This document shows positions 9,211-17,805 of a stretch of 47,204 nt of DNA, piece by piece. Under the pieces are notes generated by a model, which did no database searches, was not told the origin of the DNA, and saw only the letters and a list, made by a program, of their open reading frames with translations. Where the stretch lies: positions 1 through 47,204 of the forward strand of contig CANQXV010000002.1 of assembly GCA_947627895.1 (NCBI GenBank). Direction: 5' to 3'. Numbering within the stretch: the stretch's first letter is position 1; every line of letters starts with the position of its first letter. Source of the stretch: an uncultured Bacilli bacterium. GTDB lineage: Bacteria; Bacillota_I; Bacilli_A; RF39; UBA660. The position numbers were made by a program, and so were the translations under genes.

Positions 9211-10115
9211 TATTCTACCCCCACATCTGCATTATAGTATTTTTCTCCCGATAGAAGAAACAATGCGTTTATAATTACAATGGCATGCAAAATGATTTGA
9301 ACATACCATATATCTAGCAAGGATATATAATTTTCTTCACCTAGTAAGAATCTTAAAACAACTACTAATAAAAATAACATTAAACCAAATTTAATAAACC
9401 GACCATGGAAGTTTTTTCGATCCATTTGATCGCGATAGACACCTTCAACTAAGGCATCAATATCCATAGACATATTTTCTAGAGATTCCCCTGAATCCTT
9501 GGCTCCTTCTTGAGTAATTTGTAAAAACAATTGATGCATATTTTTAACCATGTAATAAGGATATTTTTCATTAAAGTATTCTAGCGATGCATTAATCGTC
9601 CCATTTTGATAAGACATATCAATCATCTTTTTAACATCATCTAAAACAGGGTTTTCTAAAATTCCAGAATCTCGAACTCCTTCCAAAGATTTAACAAAAC
9701 TTTGAGTGGTATTAAATTCCATAATAACATTGGTCGTATAAGTTTGAATTTGTTCAAAAACATATTCACTATAAATTCTTTGACATCTTAAGAAAGCCAA
9801 ATATGGAATAAAGGAAATAGTAATTGCCGCATAAATAATGGCTATAATAATACTATAAAAGTAAAAATAACCAATTAAACCTGCAAAGCCCCCCATTAAG
9901 ATAGCTTGAACTAAATATTGCCGAGCATTATATTCTTGCCCTAATTCCACAGCTTTTTCCCGAACTGTTTTAAATGAATAAGGAGCATAACTATCATATA
10001 TTTTTCCAACACTTGAAATAATAAATTGATAAACATTTTCACCCGGATTTTTGCGATATAAAAAGACAAAAAGGGCTATAAATATTAAAATTATAAGTTC
10101 TGTGAATGTTTGCAT
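9210..10115 (-). CDS. TadB-like inner-membrane platform protein (T2SSF-like topology)
   Basis: Same architecture as 8422-9210 (N-terminal TMs, central helical domain, two C-terminal TMs). SD AGGAGGGA. 11 nt after the ATPase gene. Confidence 0.55.
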   Translation of the reverse strand: MQTFTELIILIFIALFVFLYRKNPGENVYQFIISSVGKIYDSYAPYSFKTVREKAVELGQEYNARQYLVQAILMGGFAGLIGYFYFYSIIIAIIYAAITISFIPYLAFLRCQRIYSEYVFEQIQTYTTNVIMEFNTTQSFVKSLEGVRDSGILENPVLDDVKKMIDMSYQNGTINASLEYFNEKYPYYMVKNMHQLFLQITQEGAKDSGESLENMSMDIDALVEGVYRDQMDRKNFHGRFIKFGLMLFLLVVVLRFLLGEENYISLLDIWYVQIILHAIVIINALFLLSGEKYYNADVGVE

Positions 10116-10126
10116 ATTAATCCCTC

Positions 10127-11242
10127 CTATAAACTTTCTATAGTCATATTTCCAGCTGGTATTTCTTCATCAGTTCCAATATCATCACTTGCTACAAAAT
10201 AATGTGGGTCTAATTCTACACCCTGAACACCTAAATACTCAATTAAATACTTACTTGGATTATGAAAATCAAAAGTACCATCTAATCTTTTTTTAAATAT
10301 AATATTAGAGCAAGCATGGTTTTTATCATCAACATAAAATTCTACAACTTCAATAATTTCTCTTTGAAACCGGCCTAATTCCTTACTCATATAACCTTTA
10401 ACATGCACCCCAATTTGAACATATCTATGAATGGATGTTAAAAATTGTTCAATATCAATGTTATTTTCTAGCAAACTATATAACCGCATAGGAATATTTA
10501 AGGCCCTATCAGAGTGAATAGTTGAAATAATATTGTGCCCAGATGAAATAGAGTTACGAACTGCCATAACAGCTTCAGCACTACGAACTTCGGATAGTAA
10601 AATCCATTTTGGGTTTTGCCGCATGCAAGTTACTAAAACATCCGTATAGGAAGCAATATTATTCGTTTTTACCGCAACGATATCACGATGGGGAAATATT
10701 TTATCTAAGTGTAATTCCAAAGTATCTTCAACTGTTATTATTTTTTCATTTTCTTTCGTATGACTCGCTAAATATTTTACCAGTTCCGTTTTCCCAGAAC
10801 CAGTTTCCCCACTGACAATAATATTGCAGTGCCCTTCTACACATGTCATTAAAAAATCATGAAGATTTTCGGTAACGTATTGTTCATTTAATAATTTTTC
10901 TTTATTTAACCGGATTTTGGCAGGGGTTTTTCTGATAGTACAAGAAATTCCATTCGTAGCAATGGAATCATGGATAAAGTTAAGCCGTAATTCAGCAGAC
11001 TCAGCATCCAAAAAAGGATGAGCCATATTAAATGACTTACCCATTACGTTAGAACATTGAAAAGCCAGCTTTTCCATCAAAGCATTATTTATTTCTGGCC
11101 TTTCAACCCGATACACACCTTTATCAAGAGTTTTTAGATGAACTTGACCATTATTCGAATAAGAAATATCGGTTACATTATCATCTTCCAAAAACTCTTT
11201 TAAAGGCCCAAAATCAATTTGTGAAAATATGGTATCATTCAC
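10127..11242 (-). CDS. cpaF: CpaF/TadA/VirB11-family secretion ATPase (T2SSE superfamily)
   Basis: Walker A VSGETGSGKTE, Asp box ITVEDTLEL, Walker B WILLSEVR and His box TIHS in the canonical order and spacing. GTG start with SD AGAGGTGA. Confidence 0.85.
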   Translation of the reverse strand: MNDTIFSQIDFGPLKEFLEDDNVTDISYSNNGQVHLKTLDKGVYRVERPEINNALMEKLAFQCSNVMGKSFNMAHPFLDAESAELRLNFIHDSIATNGISCTIRKTPAKIRLNKEKLLNEQYVTENLHDFLMTCVEGHCNIIVSGETGSGKTELVKYLASHTKENEKIITVEDTLELHLDKIFPHRDIVAVKTNNIASYTDVLVTCMRQNPKWILLSEVRSAEAVMAVRNSISSGHNIISTIHSDRALNIPMRLYSLLENNIDIEQFLTSIHRYVQIGVHVKGYMSKELGRFQREIIEVVEFYVDDKNHACSNIIFKKRLDGTFDFHNPSKYLIEYLGVQGVELDPHYFVASDDIGTDEEIPAGNMTIESL

Positions 11243-11264
11243 AAATAGTCACCTCTTTTTTATT

Positions 11265-12032
11265 TTAATATGATACTTGTTCTGAACGAGATTGAATAAA
11301 TTCAACTAACCGCATACTACCAACGGATGTTTCCCCAGCAGCATCAGTATAATTCCGTCCTCTTGGAACTGGGAATAATTCAACTCCGCTAATATTTTTA
11401 GCACTTGTTAGCAATAAGTGTTGTTCATCAATTAAACCAAATATTAATAAAGCCGGAGTTCTAGTTGTGTTAGAATCAAACACATTTTGATTTTGACTAT
11501 CTTTAACCGCTAAAACCTTAGCGCTTTCAAGTAACTTACCTACTAATATTGTTCCATTATCATTTGCTCGCATATAGATATCAACATAACTTCCTGGATA
11601 AATAGAGTTACCAAAAGTAGTCTTATTATTAACATCTAATTGGAAAGGAGCATATCCCTCTGGTAAATCATCATAATCAGATCCTGGTAGATCTTCAAGT
11701 TTAACAACTTGGCTAGAATAAAATAATCCACCTTCAGGAATAGATGTACCAACATTAACATAGTAACCAATTAATTTGTTAGCATCAGTAATAATACTAA
11801 TATTATTTAAAAATTCACTACTAATTTCAATATACTTAATATCTTCTTTCGTTATTTGCGTTCTGGCTGTAATAGCGTGTTCCGCATAGGGTACTTTAAT
11901 TGGGCTAACCGCTTTATTAACTCTGTAATTATAAAATACCCATAGCACTATAACACCAGCCAATATACCAAGAATAGTTACCGTATTTTTATTAGCGATA
12001 AATTTTTTTATTGTATTGATTAAATTTCCCAT
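11265..12032 (-). CDS. cpaB: CpaB/RcpC-like pilus assembly protein (N-terminal TM plus SAF-like domain)
   Basis: TM VTILGILAGVIVLWVFY. SAF-like segment AITARTQITKEDI. C-terminal beta-rich region with AKVLAV...ALLIF, as in CpaB. Immediately upstream of the ATPase. Confidence 0.7.
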   Translation of the reverse strand: MGNLINTIKKFIANKNTVTILGILAGVIVLWVFYNYRVNKAVSPIKVPYAEHAITARTQITKEDIKYIEISSEFLNNISIITDANKLIGYYVNVGTSIPEGGLFYSSQVVKLEDLPGSDYDDLPEGYAPFQLDVNNKTTFGNSIYPGSYVDIYMRANDNGTILVGKLLESAKVLAVKDSQNQNVFDSNTTRTPALLIFGLIDEQHLLLTSAKNISGVELFPVPRGRNYTDAAGETSVGSMRLVEFIQSRSEQVSY

Positions 12033-12047
12033 TTTATTCTTCTCCTT

Positions 12048-13778
12048 CTATACAGCACTCCAGAAGTAATCACCAGCATTGCTAGTTACACATTTAATTC
12101 GTTGATGACATGAAGTAGGGTGATCACATGATTTATTAGTATCATTATCTTCGAAATGCCACCATTCACTTGAAATTGTTTTTAAACCAGCATTAACCAT
12201 ATAACTAGCAAGCTTTTTTGCAAAATCATTATTATTTTTCTTTGAAGCAGCAGCACTTAATTCATGCATATCGGTTGGCATTGTTGCACCTTTTATTGAT
12301 ATATCAACAGCACAACCCGTATTATGAGCAGAAGGACCAGTCGATAAGTACCACCCTAATGCATACGGATTCATCGCTGCTTGTACTTTGGTATTACCAT
12401 AATATAAACTATTATAAGCTTCATATAATTTTTGAGTTACACCCCTAGGCCGATATGCATCATATACAACTAAAGTATAACCATCATTTCGAGCACTTTG
12501 AGCGGCTTGTTTTAATTGTTTAGCAAATGAATACACTCCTATTGGCCGATAGTCATTTGAATATAATTTTTTATTTTTTATACTTGAAGGTGAGAAAGTT
12601 TCTCCTTTATAAGTCGTTTTATATTGACTACTATAAGTATTATATATATCAAACTCTACTAAACCTTTTAAATACTCTGACATATCAATAGCCGCATAAG
12701 TGTCGGTCCGCATCCAACCGCATTTTTCTTGACCATTACTAGTATATTTAACTGCCCACCATTCAATATTATTAGCGCCATTACGTGAGCCTAAAATTTC
12801 ATAAATATTTCCAGCTTTTATAGTATCAGTTGGGTTTTGAGTTGACCAGTCTTTATAAATTCCAACTCCTGCCATAACTGTACCATGAACACCTTCTAAG
12901 GTTCGAGATTGGATATTTTCTTCATCAGGAAGACATGATTGAGGAACATTTCCAGCTTTATTTGTTTTGAAACTTCCTGTTATTACAGGAGATACATTAC
13001 CAGCTTCATCCTTAACATAAGCCTTAAAATTATAACTAGTATCAGGACTTAAACCATTAAATGTAAATGTATTATTACTACTACTTTCATAATTAGAACC
13101 ATTGTCTTTACTAACAAAATATTCTGTAATTTTACTACTACCAGCCGTTTCAACAACATGAACGGTTATAGAACTATCTGTTACTTCTGTGCTTTCTATT
13201 TTATTAGCAGTTGGTCCTTCGGTACTAGGGTTAGTAACAGAAGGGTTTTCTGTCGTTGTCCCTTCGGTACCTGAACCAGGTGTCGTTGTACCTGGTTGAG
13301 TATTTTCTTCTGTTCCTGGAGTTGTTGTTCCACTACTACCAGAAGAAGGATTTTCATCCGTGATATTAGGATCTAAAACATTACCTTCTAAAATTGTATC
13401 GATTCTATTTACAATATCAAATGAGGTTGAATCACCTACAACAGTGAAACTTCCCGATTTTCCTTTTACCTCCACACTAGCCTTTGGTGGTGCTTCATAC
13501 ACATCATAGAAATTAATTGTATATGTCGTTGTTAAAGATGCATTTTCTGCGAATCTTCTAATGAAACTTTCAAAGAATTTTTCCTTATTTATTTTTATTT
13601 CGCCATATTGACGATAATAGGCGAAGTCTACGGCATCTACCATAGCTGCTTCGGTTAATTCTTTTACCAAGAAATAATCTTGTTGGTTATTAGTTGTAAC
13701 ACTTTGTACTAATAACATTATTACAACAATGAAAACACCTAATAATATTAACCAATAAGTCCAAAAAGCATTTTTCAC
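12048..13778 (-). CDS. Membrane-anchored multidomain protein: pilin-like N-terminus, Thr/Gly/Pro linker, FN3, SH3b-like, VanX-type M15 D-Ala-D-Ala peptidase
   Basis: TM WLILLGVFIVVIMLLV. Linker SSGSSGTTTPGTEENTQPGTTTPGSGTEGTTT. FN3 signature (ITVHV...LSPDTSYNFKAYVKDEAGNVS). SH3b-like segment (GNIYEILG...WWAVKY...GWM). M15 motifs YRP, SAHNTGCAVD and EWWHFE. Confidence 0.8.
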   Translation of the reverse strand: MKNAFWTYWLILLGVFIVVIMLLVQSVTTNNQQDYFLVKELTEAAMVDAVDFAYYRQYGEIKINKEKFFESFIRRFAENASLTTTYTINFYDVYEAPPKASVEVKGKSGSFTVVGDSTSFDIVNRIDTILEGNVLDPNITDENPSSGSSGTTTPGTEENTQPGTTTPGSGTEGTTTENPSVTNPSTEGPTANKIESTEVTDSSITVHVVETAGSSKITEYFVSKDNGSNYESSSNNTFTFNGLSPDTSYNFKAYVKDEAGNVSPVITGSFKTNKAGNVPQSCLPDEENIQSRTLEGVHGTVMAGVGIYKDWSTQNPTDTIKAGNIYEILGSRNGANNIEWWAVKYTSNGQEKCGWMRTDTYAAIDMSEYLKGLVEFDIYNTYSSQYKTTYKGETFSPSSIKNKKLYSNDYRPIGVYSFAKQLKQAAQSARNDGYTLVVYDAYRPRGVTQKLYEAYNSLYYGNTKVQAAMNPYALGWYLSTGPSAHNTGCAVDISIKGATMPTDMHELSAAASKKNNNDFAKKLASYMVNAGLKTISSEWWHFEDNDTNKSCDHPTSCHQRIKCVTSNAGDYFWSAV

Positions 13779-13796
13779 CTAAATGTCACTCCCTTT

Positions 13797-16700
13797 CTAT
13801 TTATATGATGGACCACCAATTACATTTTCATCATATCTATATTCTGTCCAAGGTTCCCAATAAGTACTACTTTGAACATTTTCATTTGATCTTTTTCCAG
13901 CTGGTACCCGACCGGATTTAATATGTTTAACAGCATCTGTTTTATCTATTAATTCATCAATAAATGTACTAAAACAGAACACATTTTCATGAACCCGATG
14001 TTCACTATCTTCATAATCATAACATTCAGTTGTAATGTTATTATATCCACCAACTTTTTGACTTTCTACTTCTTTATTGTAATCTAAGATAAAGTTTGTT
14101 GTATTAGGATCTAATTTAACCCTTAACTCTAAATGTGGATTATCCACTGAATCATCATAAATTGTTGTATTTGCCTCTTCAATATTAGTAATTGTTTCTT
14201 CAGCCTTTTCTCTAATTAATGAAAGTGAAGCAAGAGTTGAATTAATATTCCAGTTATAGCCATATTCTCGATCAACGGATTCGAAATTAGTTGGTGATAC
14301 CGGTTTAACATTAAATTGTAAATCACCTAAGTTATAAATACAGTTTACACATTCAATACCACAATCTGGGCATTCTTTCCAATAACAATACTCTCCTTCA
14401 CATTCGAAGTCACATGTTGGGCAATCTGAAGGGTTACATGTTGTGTAATAATGACATACATAATTACCATCCCATGATCCTTCACTAACACCTAGGGCAT
14501 TTGCCACACTAGAACTGACGTGATCACCATCGAAATCAACTAATCTACCTAAAGCAGCAGTATCATAAAATTCTCCTAAATCTTCAATATGCATTTTGAA
14601 AACTCCACCACCATAGGCATCAATTGAAAGTGGAAGACCACCATAAGTTGGATAATCTCCTACTGGTGAAAGTTGAACACCAGGACCAGTATAATCCTTA
14701 TTAGTTGTTATACCTCCACTGGCAGGACCACTTGATGAAACTTGATAAAATACTGTTGGTGTAATATATTCTTGTTCTACATCAAAATGTTGTTTTATAA
14801 ATTTAGCTTTTGATACTTGTTGCGTATCAGTTGTACATCCACTAGTTGTACATGTCGTATATTTGAAATCAGCGAACATTGTATCTATACTTGTCCAGCC
14901 TGTTGAACAATCATTATCACCAAATTGATTATTAACATTGCCTTCACAAGCTTGGATTTTTTGATCAATTGTTATATCATCCACTGGTACTAAATATTTA
15001 TCTTCATCTGATACCATATCATAATATTGTTGATCATATTCCCAATAAATTTTTGGATCAAAATTGAAATCGTTAGTCCAATCTTTTGTACATGAATTGT
15101 AATTTTTAATAATGTTTTCATATTTAGTTTTAGCAGAATCTAAATCAGATTTAGCAGATTCAATATCAGAATCAATTTCATCAGCCAAATCTTCTTTGCT
15201 ATCGGCTGGACCATAGCTAAAACTACCGGCAGCTGGTTCGGTTGAAACATAACCAGTTGTTCTATTAGAATCAGCAGTTTGGATTCCTGAATAAGTTCCT
15301 GATGTTGAATATTCCCATTTTAGGCATGAGCCTGTGGTATCTTCAACCTCTTTTTCTACACCATTTTCATCTTTTATTTTTATCGTAGGATATTCCGCAC
15401 AAGACTCATCAACTTCTCCATTGCTAGCAGCTGTAGCTTCTAAATAATCATTATAAGCATCAATAAATGCTTTTTGGGCATCAATTATATCGTTAATATA
15501 TTTTTCTTGATCTATTGATTTATCGGCTGTATTTGCAGAACCACGATAACAATCCATGCTTCCTTTAATCGTGGATTTTAATTTAAAATATCCACCACAA
15601 TTAATTTTATCTAATGCTTTATTTAATGAAATTTCCCGATAATCTTCTTTACAGAAGGTACCACAATATTCATTATTTACCCCACCAAGGTTTTCTTCTA
15701 ATTTATAAGAGTTACCAGCGTCATCTTTATTATTGATAACACATTTTTTAATATCTGTAGGAGCTGTTATAGAAGCCTTACCATCTTCTTCTTCAGAACA
15801 TACAGGAGTTTCTAAAGTAGTTTCGCAACTTAATCCTAAACATGCAATACCATTAATAGTGTATTGTAATTGCTTATCATTATTATCATTATTGCCCGCA
15901 ACGTAGTTATTAGGAACAACACCCAAATATCTTTGTGTACCTGATGATATATTATCATCTAATAAAGCGATTGAAACATCTGCAGTTTCTGGAACATAGT
16001 AATTTAAAACAATATTTGCATCACAATTTTCAGATTCTGTTTCATTTTTACTAAGAGTAATTTTTAATTTAACATTACCATTTTCATCCATGAATTTAGA
16101 AATATCTATTCTAGAAGTTAATTCTTTCCATTCACCATTTTCACTATATTCAACTTTTTCAATGGCTACACCATTTTTTTCACAATTATTGCACACAATA
16201 TCTGAACGGCCAATTTTTACATAGCCATCTTCATCTTTAGTTATTTTGAAATTAACAATCTTTTCTTCATGATTTCTATCAGCAGCTTGCCCATTAGTAA
16301 CATTAATACCAACTTCTGTATTATTACTTATACCACCATTATTTTTAAATTCATAAGCAGCATCAATACCCATTCTAATTAGATTTTTAGCTTGATCAAG
16401 CACGCTTCCGCCTGAAAAAGATGTCCCTTTTGATGGCTTTTTAACATTAACACCTATAGCAGATAATTTATCAGCATTTTCTTGGGCCATTTCATATCCT
16501 AAGTTCATAACAGCATACTTAGCAGCAACCATGTTTGCATCGCCACTATAATCGTTATCTTCAAGACCCATAATAGCATTATAATATGCTCTTACTGCAA
16601 TGTCTGTGGATACAATTAAAGTTTTACTATCACGTCTAGTTTTACCACCATTGGCTAAAATTGTATATAAACCATAATATTGAGCACGAAAATTAATATC

Positions 16701-17006
16701 TTTCGTAGTATCATTAAAGTTATATACTTGTGTAACCTTAACAGTTGTGCCTGGTTTATTATTACTATCAGCTGGGTCTACGCAGTACATTTTAATTTCT
16801 TTGTTGCCTGAGGTACCGTAATAGTTCCAAACATTATAATCTTGGCTACCAGCTTTTACACCTAAACCACTAGCTAAATTATTATGCGATTCCCAATGAA
16901 ACGTGTACTTATCGCCAACAGTATATGCAGCTTTTACACTATTAATTCCTACTCCTAAAGTAAGTGATGTTAAAATTAATAAGAATAAGATTTTTAATTT
17001 TCTCAT
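13797..17006 (-). CDS. Large secreted Cys-rich protein, unknown family
   Basis: Sec signal MRKLKILFLLILTSLTLGVGINSVKA/AY. No LPXTG and no C-terminal TM. Many Cys, including a dense CxxC module at about nt 14340-14465. ATGA overlap with the upstream gene. Confidence 0.75.
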   Translation of the reverse strand: MRKLKILFLLILTSLTLGVGINSVKAAYTVGDKYTFHWESHNNLASGLGVKAGSQDYNVWNYYGTSGNKEIKMYCVDPADSNNKPGTTVKVTQVYNFNDTTKDINFRAQYYGLYTILANGGKTRRDSKTLIVSTDIAVRAYYNAIMGLEDNDYSGDANMVAAKYAVMNLGYEMAQENADKLSAIGVNVKKPSKGTSFSGGSVLDQAKNLIRMGIDAAYEFKNNGGISNNTEVGINVTNGQAADRNHEEKIVNFKITKDEDGYVKIGRSDIVCNNCEKNGVAIEKVEYSENGEWKELTSRIDISKFMDENGNVKLKITLSKNETESENCDANIVLNYYVPETADVSIALLDDNISSGTQRYLGVVPNNYVAGNNDNNDKQLQYTINGIACLGLSCETTLETPVCSEEEDGKASITAPTDIKKCVINNKDDAGNSYKLEENLGGVNNEYCGTFCKEDYREISLNKALDKINCGGYFKLKSTIKGSMDCYRGSANTADKSIDQEKYINDIIDAQKAFIDAYNDYLEATAASNGEVDESCAEYPTIKIKDENGVEKEVEDTTGSCLKWEYSTSGTYSGIQTADSNRTTGYVSTEPAAGSFSYGPADSKEDLADEIDSDIESAKSDLDSAKTKYENIIKNYNSCTKDWTNDFNFDPKIYWEYDQQYYDMVSDEDKYLVPVDDITIDQKIQACEGNVNNQFGDNDCSTGWTSIDTMFADFKYTTCTTSGCTTDTQQVSKAKFIKQHFDVEQEYITPTVFYQVSSSGPASGGITTNKDYTGPGVQLSPVGDYPTYGGLPLSIDAYGGGVFKMHIEDLGEFYDTAALGRLVDFDGDHVSSSVANALGVSEGSWDGNYVCHYYTTCNPSDCPTCDFECEGEYCYWKECPDCGIECVNCIYNLGDLQFNVKPVSPTNFESVDREYGYNWNINSTLASLSLIREKAEETITNIEEANTTIYDDSVDNPHLELRVKLDPNTTNFILDYNKEVESQKVGGYNNITTECYDYEDSEHRVHENVFCFSTFIDELIDKTDAVKHIKSGRVPAGKRSNENVQSSTYWEPWTEYRYDENVIGGPSYK

Positions 17007-17764
17007 AAATCAAGACTCCTTTTTCTTTTAACTATCACAACTACTGCAACCCCCGCTACAATAACTAGAGCAGCTCCACCGCCAATAAAATAATATTTGT
17101 TATCAGCAATAAAGTCCATTATTCTTTTCCATAAACTATTGTCATATTCATTCGCATTGATGCCTTGATTCCTTTTGTTGGTTAAATATTCGGTTATTTG
17201 TTCTAAAAAATTTATTTGTTCAACATAATCGAACGTTACATATTTTTGACATAAATTAAATTCTGGAGCATCCGTACATAATGCATAATCATAATATTCA
17301 TTAAATCTTGGTAACTTCAGCGTTATCGTTCGCATTAATTCATTTGGACAACCGGTATTTTCACTAGTATAAACTTTAATTGTAAAGTTTGTTACTTGCT
17401 CCAAATTTCGCCAAGGAAACGTAATAATATCATCCGTACTATTACTATTATTATACCGAACCCTTTCCTTATCATAATCATTTGTTACTTCAATATAAAA
17501 TTTGTCCGTAATATTTGAAACCGAAATGTCAAAATAATTGACTTTAGGAGGATCTATCTCTGTTGTCTCATCACCTGCATCTGGAAATCCATATATACTT
17601 GGATCCAAATCTTCTTCCATTTCTTGATTCATTGCTCTTATATTGCCTGCTGCAGTTCTAAGTTCTGCTTGTTCCGAAGTTGAACATACACTTGCAGCCC
17701 CAACATTACTAACAAAAATCACACTAATCAAGAAAGCAAATATTACTTTTAGAAATCTTTGCAT
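17003..17764 (-). CDS. Type I membrane protein (signal peptide plus C-terminal TM anchor), first gene of the Tad-like operon
   Basis: Signal FLISVIFVSNVGA/AS. C-terminal TM GGGAALVIVAGVAVVVIV followed by KRKRS. SD AGGTGG. Confidence 0.7.
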   Translation of the reverse strand: MQRFLKVIFAFLISVIFVSNVGAASVCSTSEQAELRTAAGNIRAMNQEMEEDLDPSIYGFPDAGDETTEIDPPKVNYFDISVSNITDKFYIEVTNDYDKERVRYNNSNSTDDIITFPWRNLEQVTNFTIKVYTSENTGCPNELMRTITLKLPRFNEYYDYALCTDAPEFNLCQKYVTFDYVEQINFLEQITEYLTNKRNQGINANEYDNSLWKRIMDFIADNKYYFIGGGAALVIVAGVAVVVIVKRKRSLDL

Positions 17765-17783
17765 TTCGCCACCTACCTATAAT

Positions 17784-17805
17784 CTAGTGTAACATAGTTA
17801 ACTAG
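17784..17805. promoter_or_regulatory. Imperfect inverted repeat in the Tad-like operon leader (candidate operator)
   Basis: CTAGTGTAAC-ata-GTTAACTAG lies between a plausible TTGAAA-17-TACACT promoter (minus strand) and the SD of 17003-17764. Confidence 0.3.

Noticed and set aside
16600-16790. Thioester-domain-like motif YCVDP (Cys75) near the N-terminus of the 1069 aa protein
   Set aside because: The partner TQxA(I/V)W glutamine motif is not present. The nearest look-alike is TDIAVRAYY, with Asp instead of Gln, only about 60 residues away. An internal thioester adhesin domain cannot be supported.
6873-17764. Conjugative type IV secretion system or SpoIIIA feeding-tube interpretation of the ATPase-containing operon
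   Set aside because: There is no VirB4, VirD4, relaxase or VirB6-like gene, and no spoIIIAB-AH-like small-gene series. The CpaB-like SAF protein plus two split TadB/TadC-like platform proteins point to the Tad branch instead.
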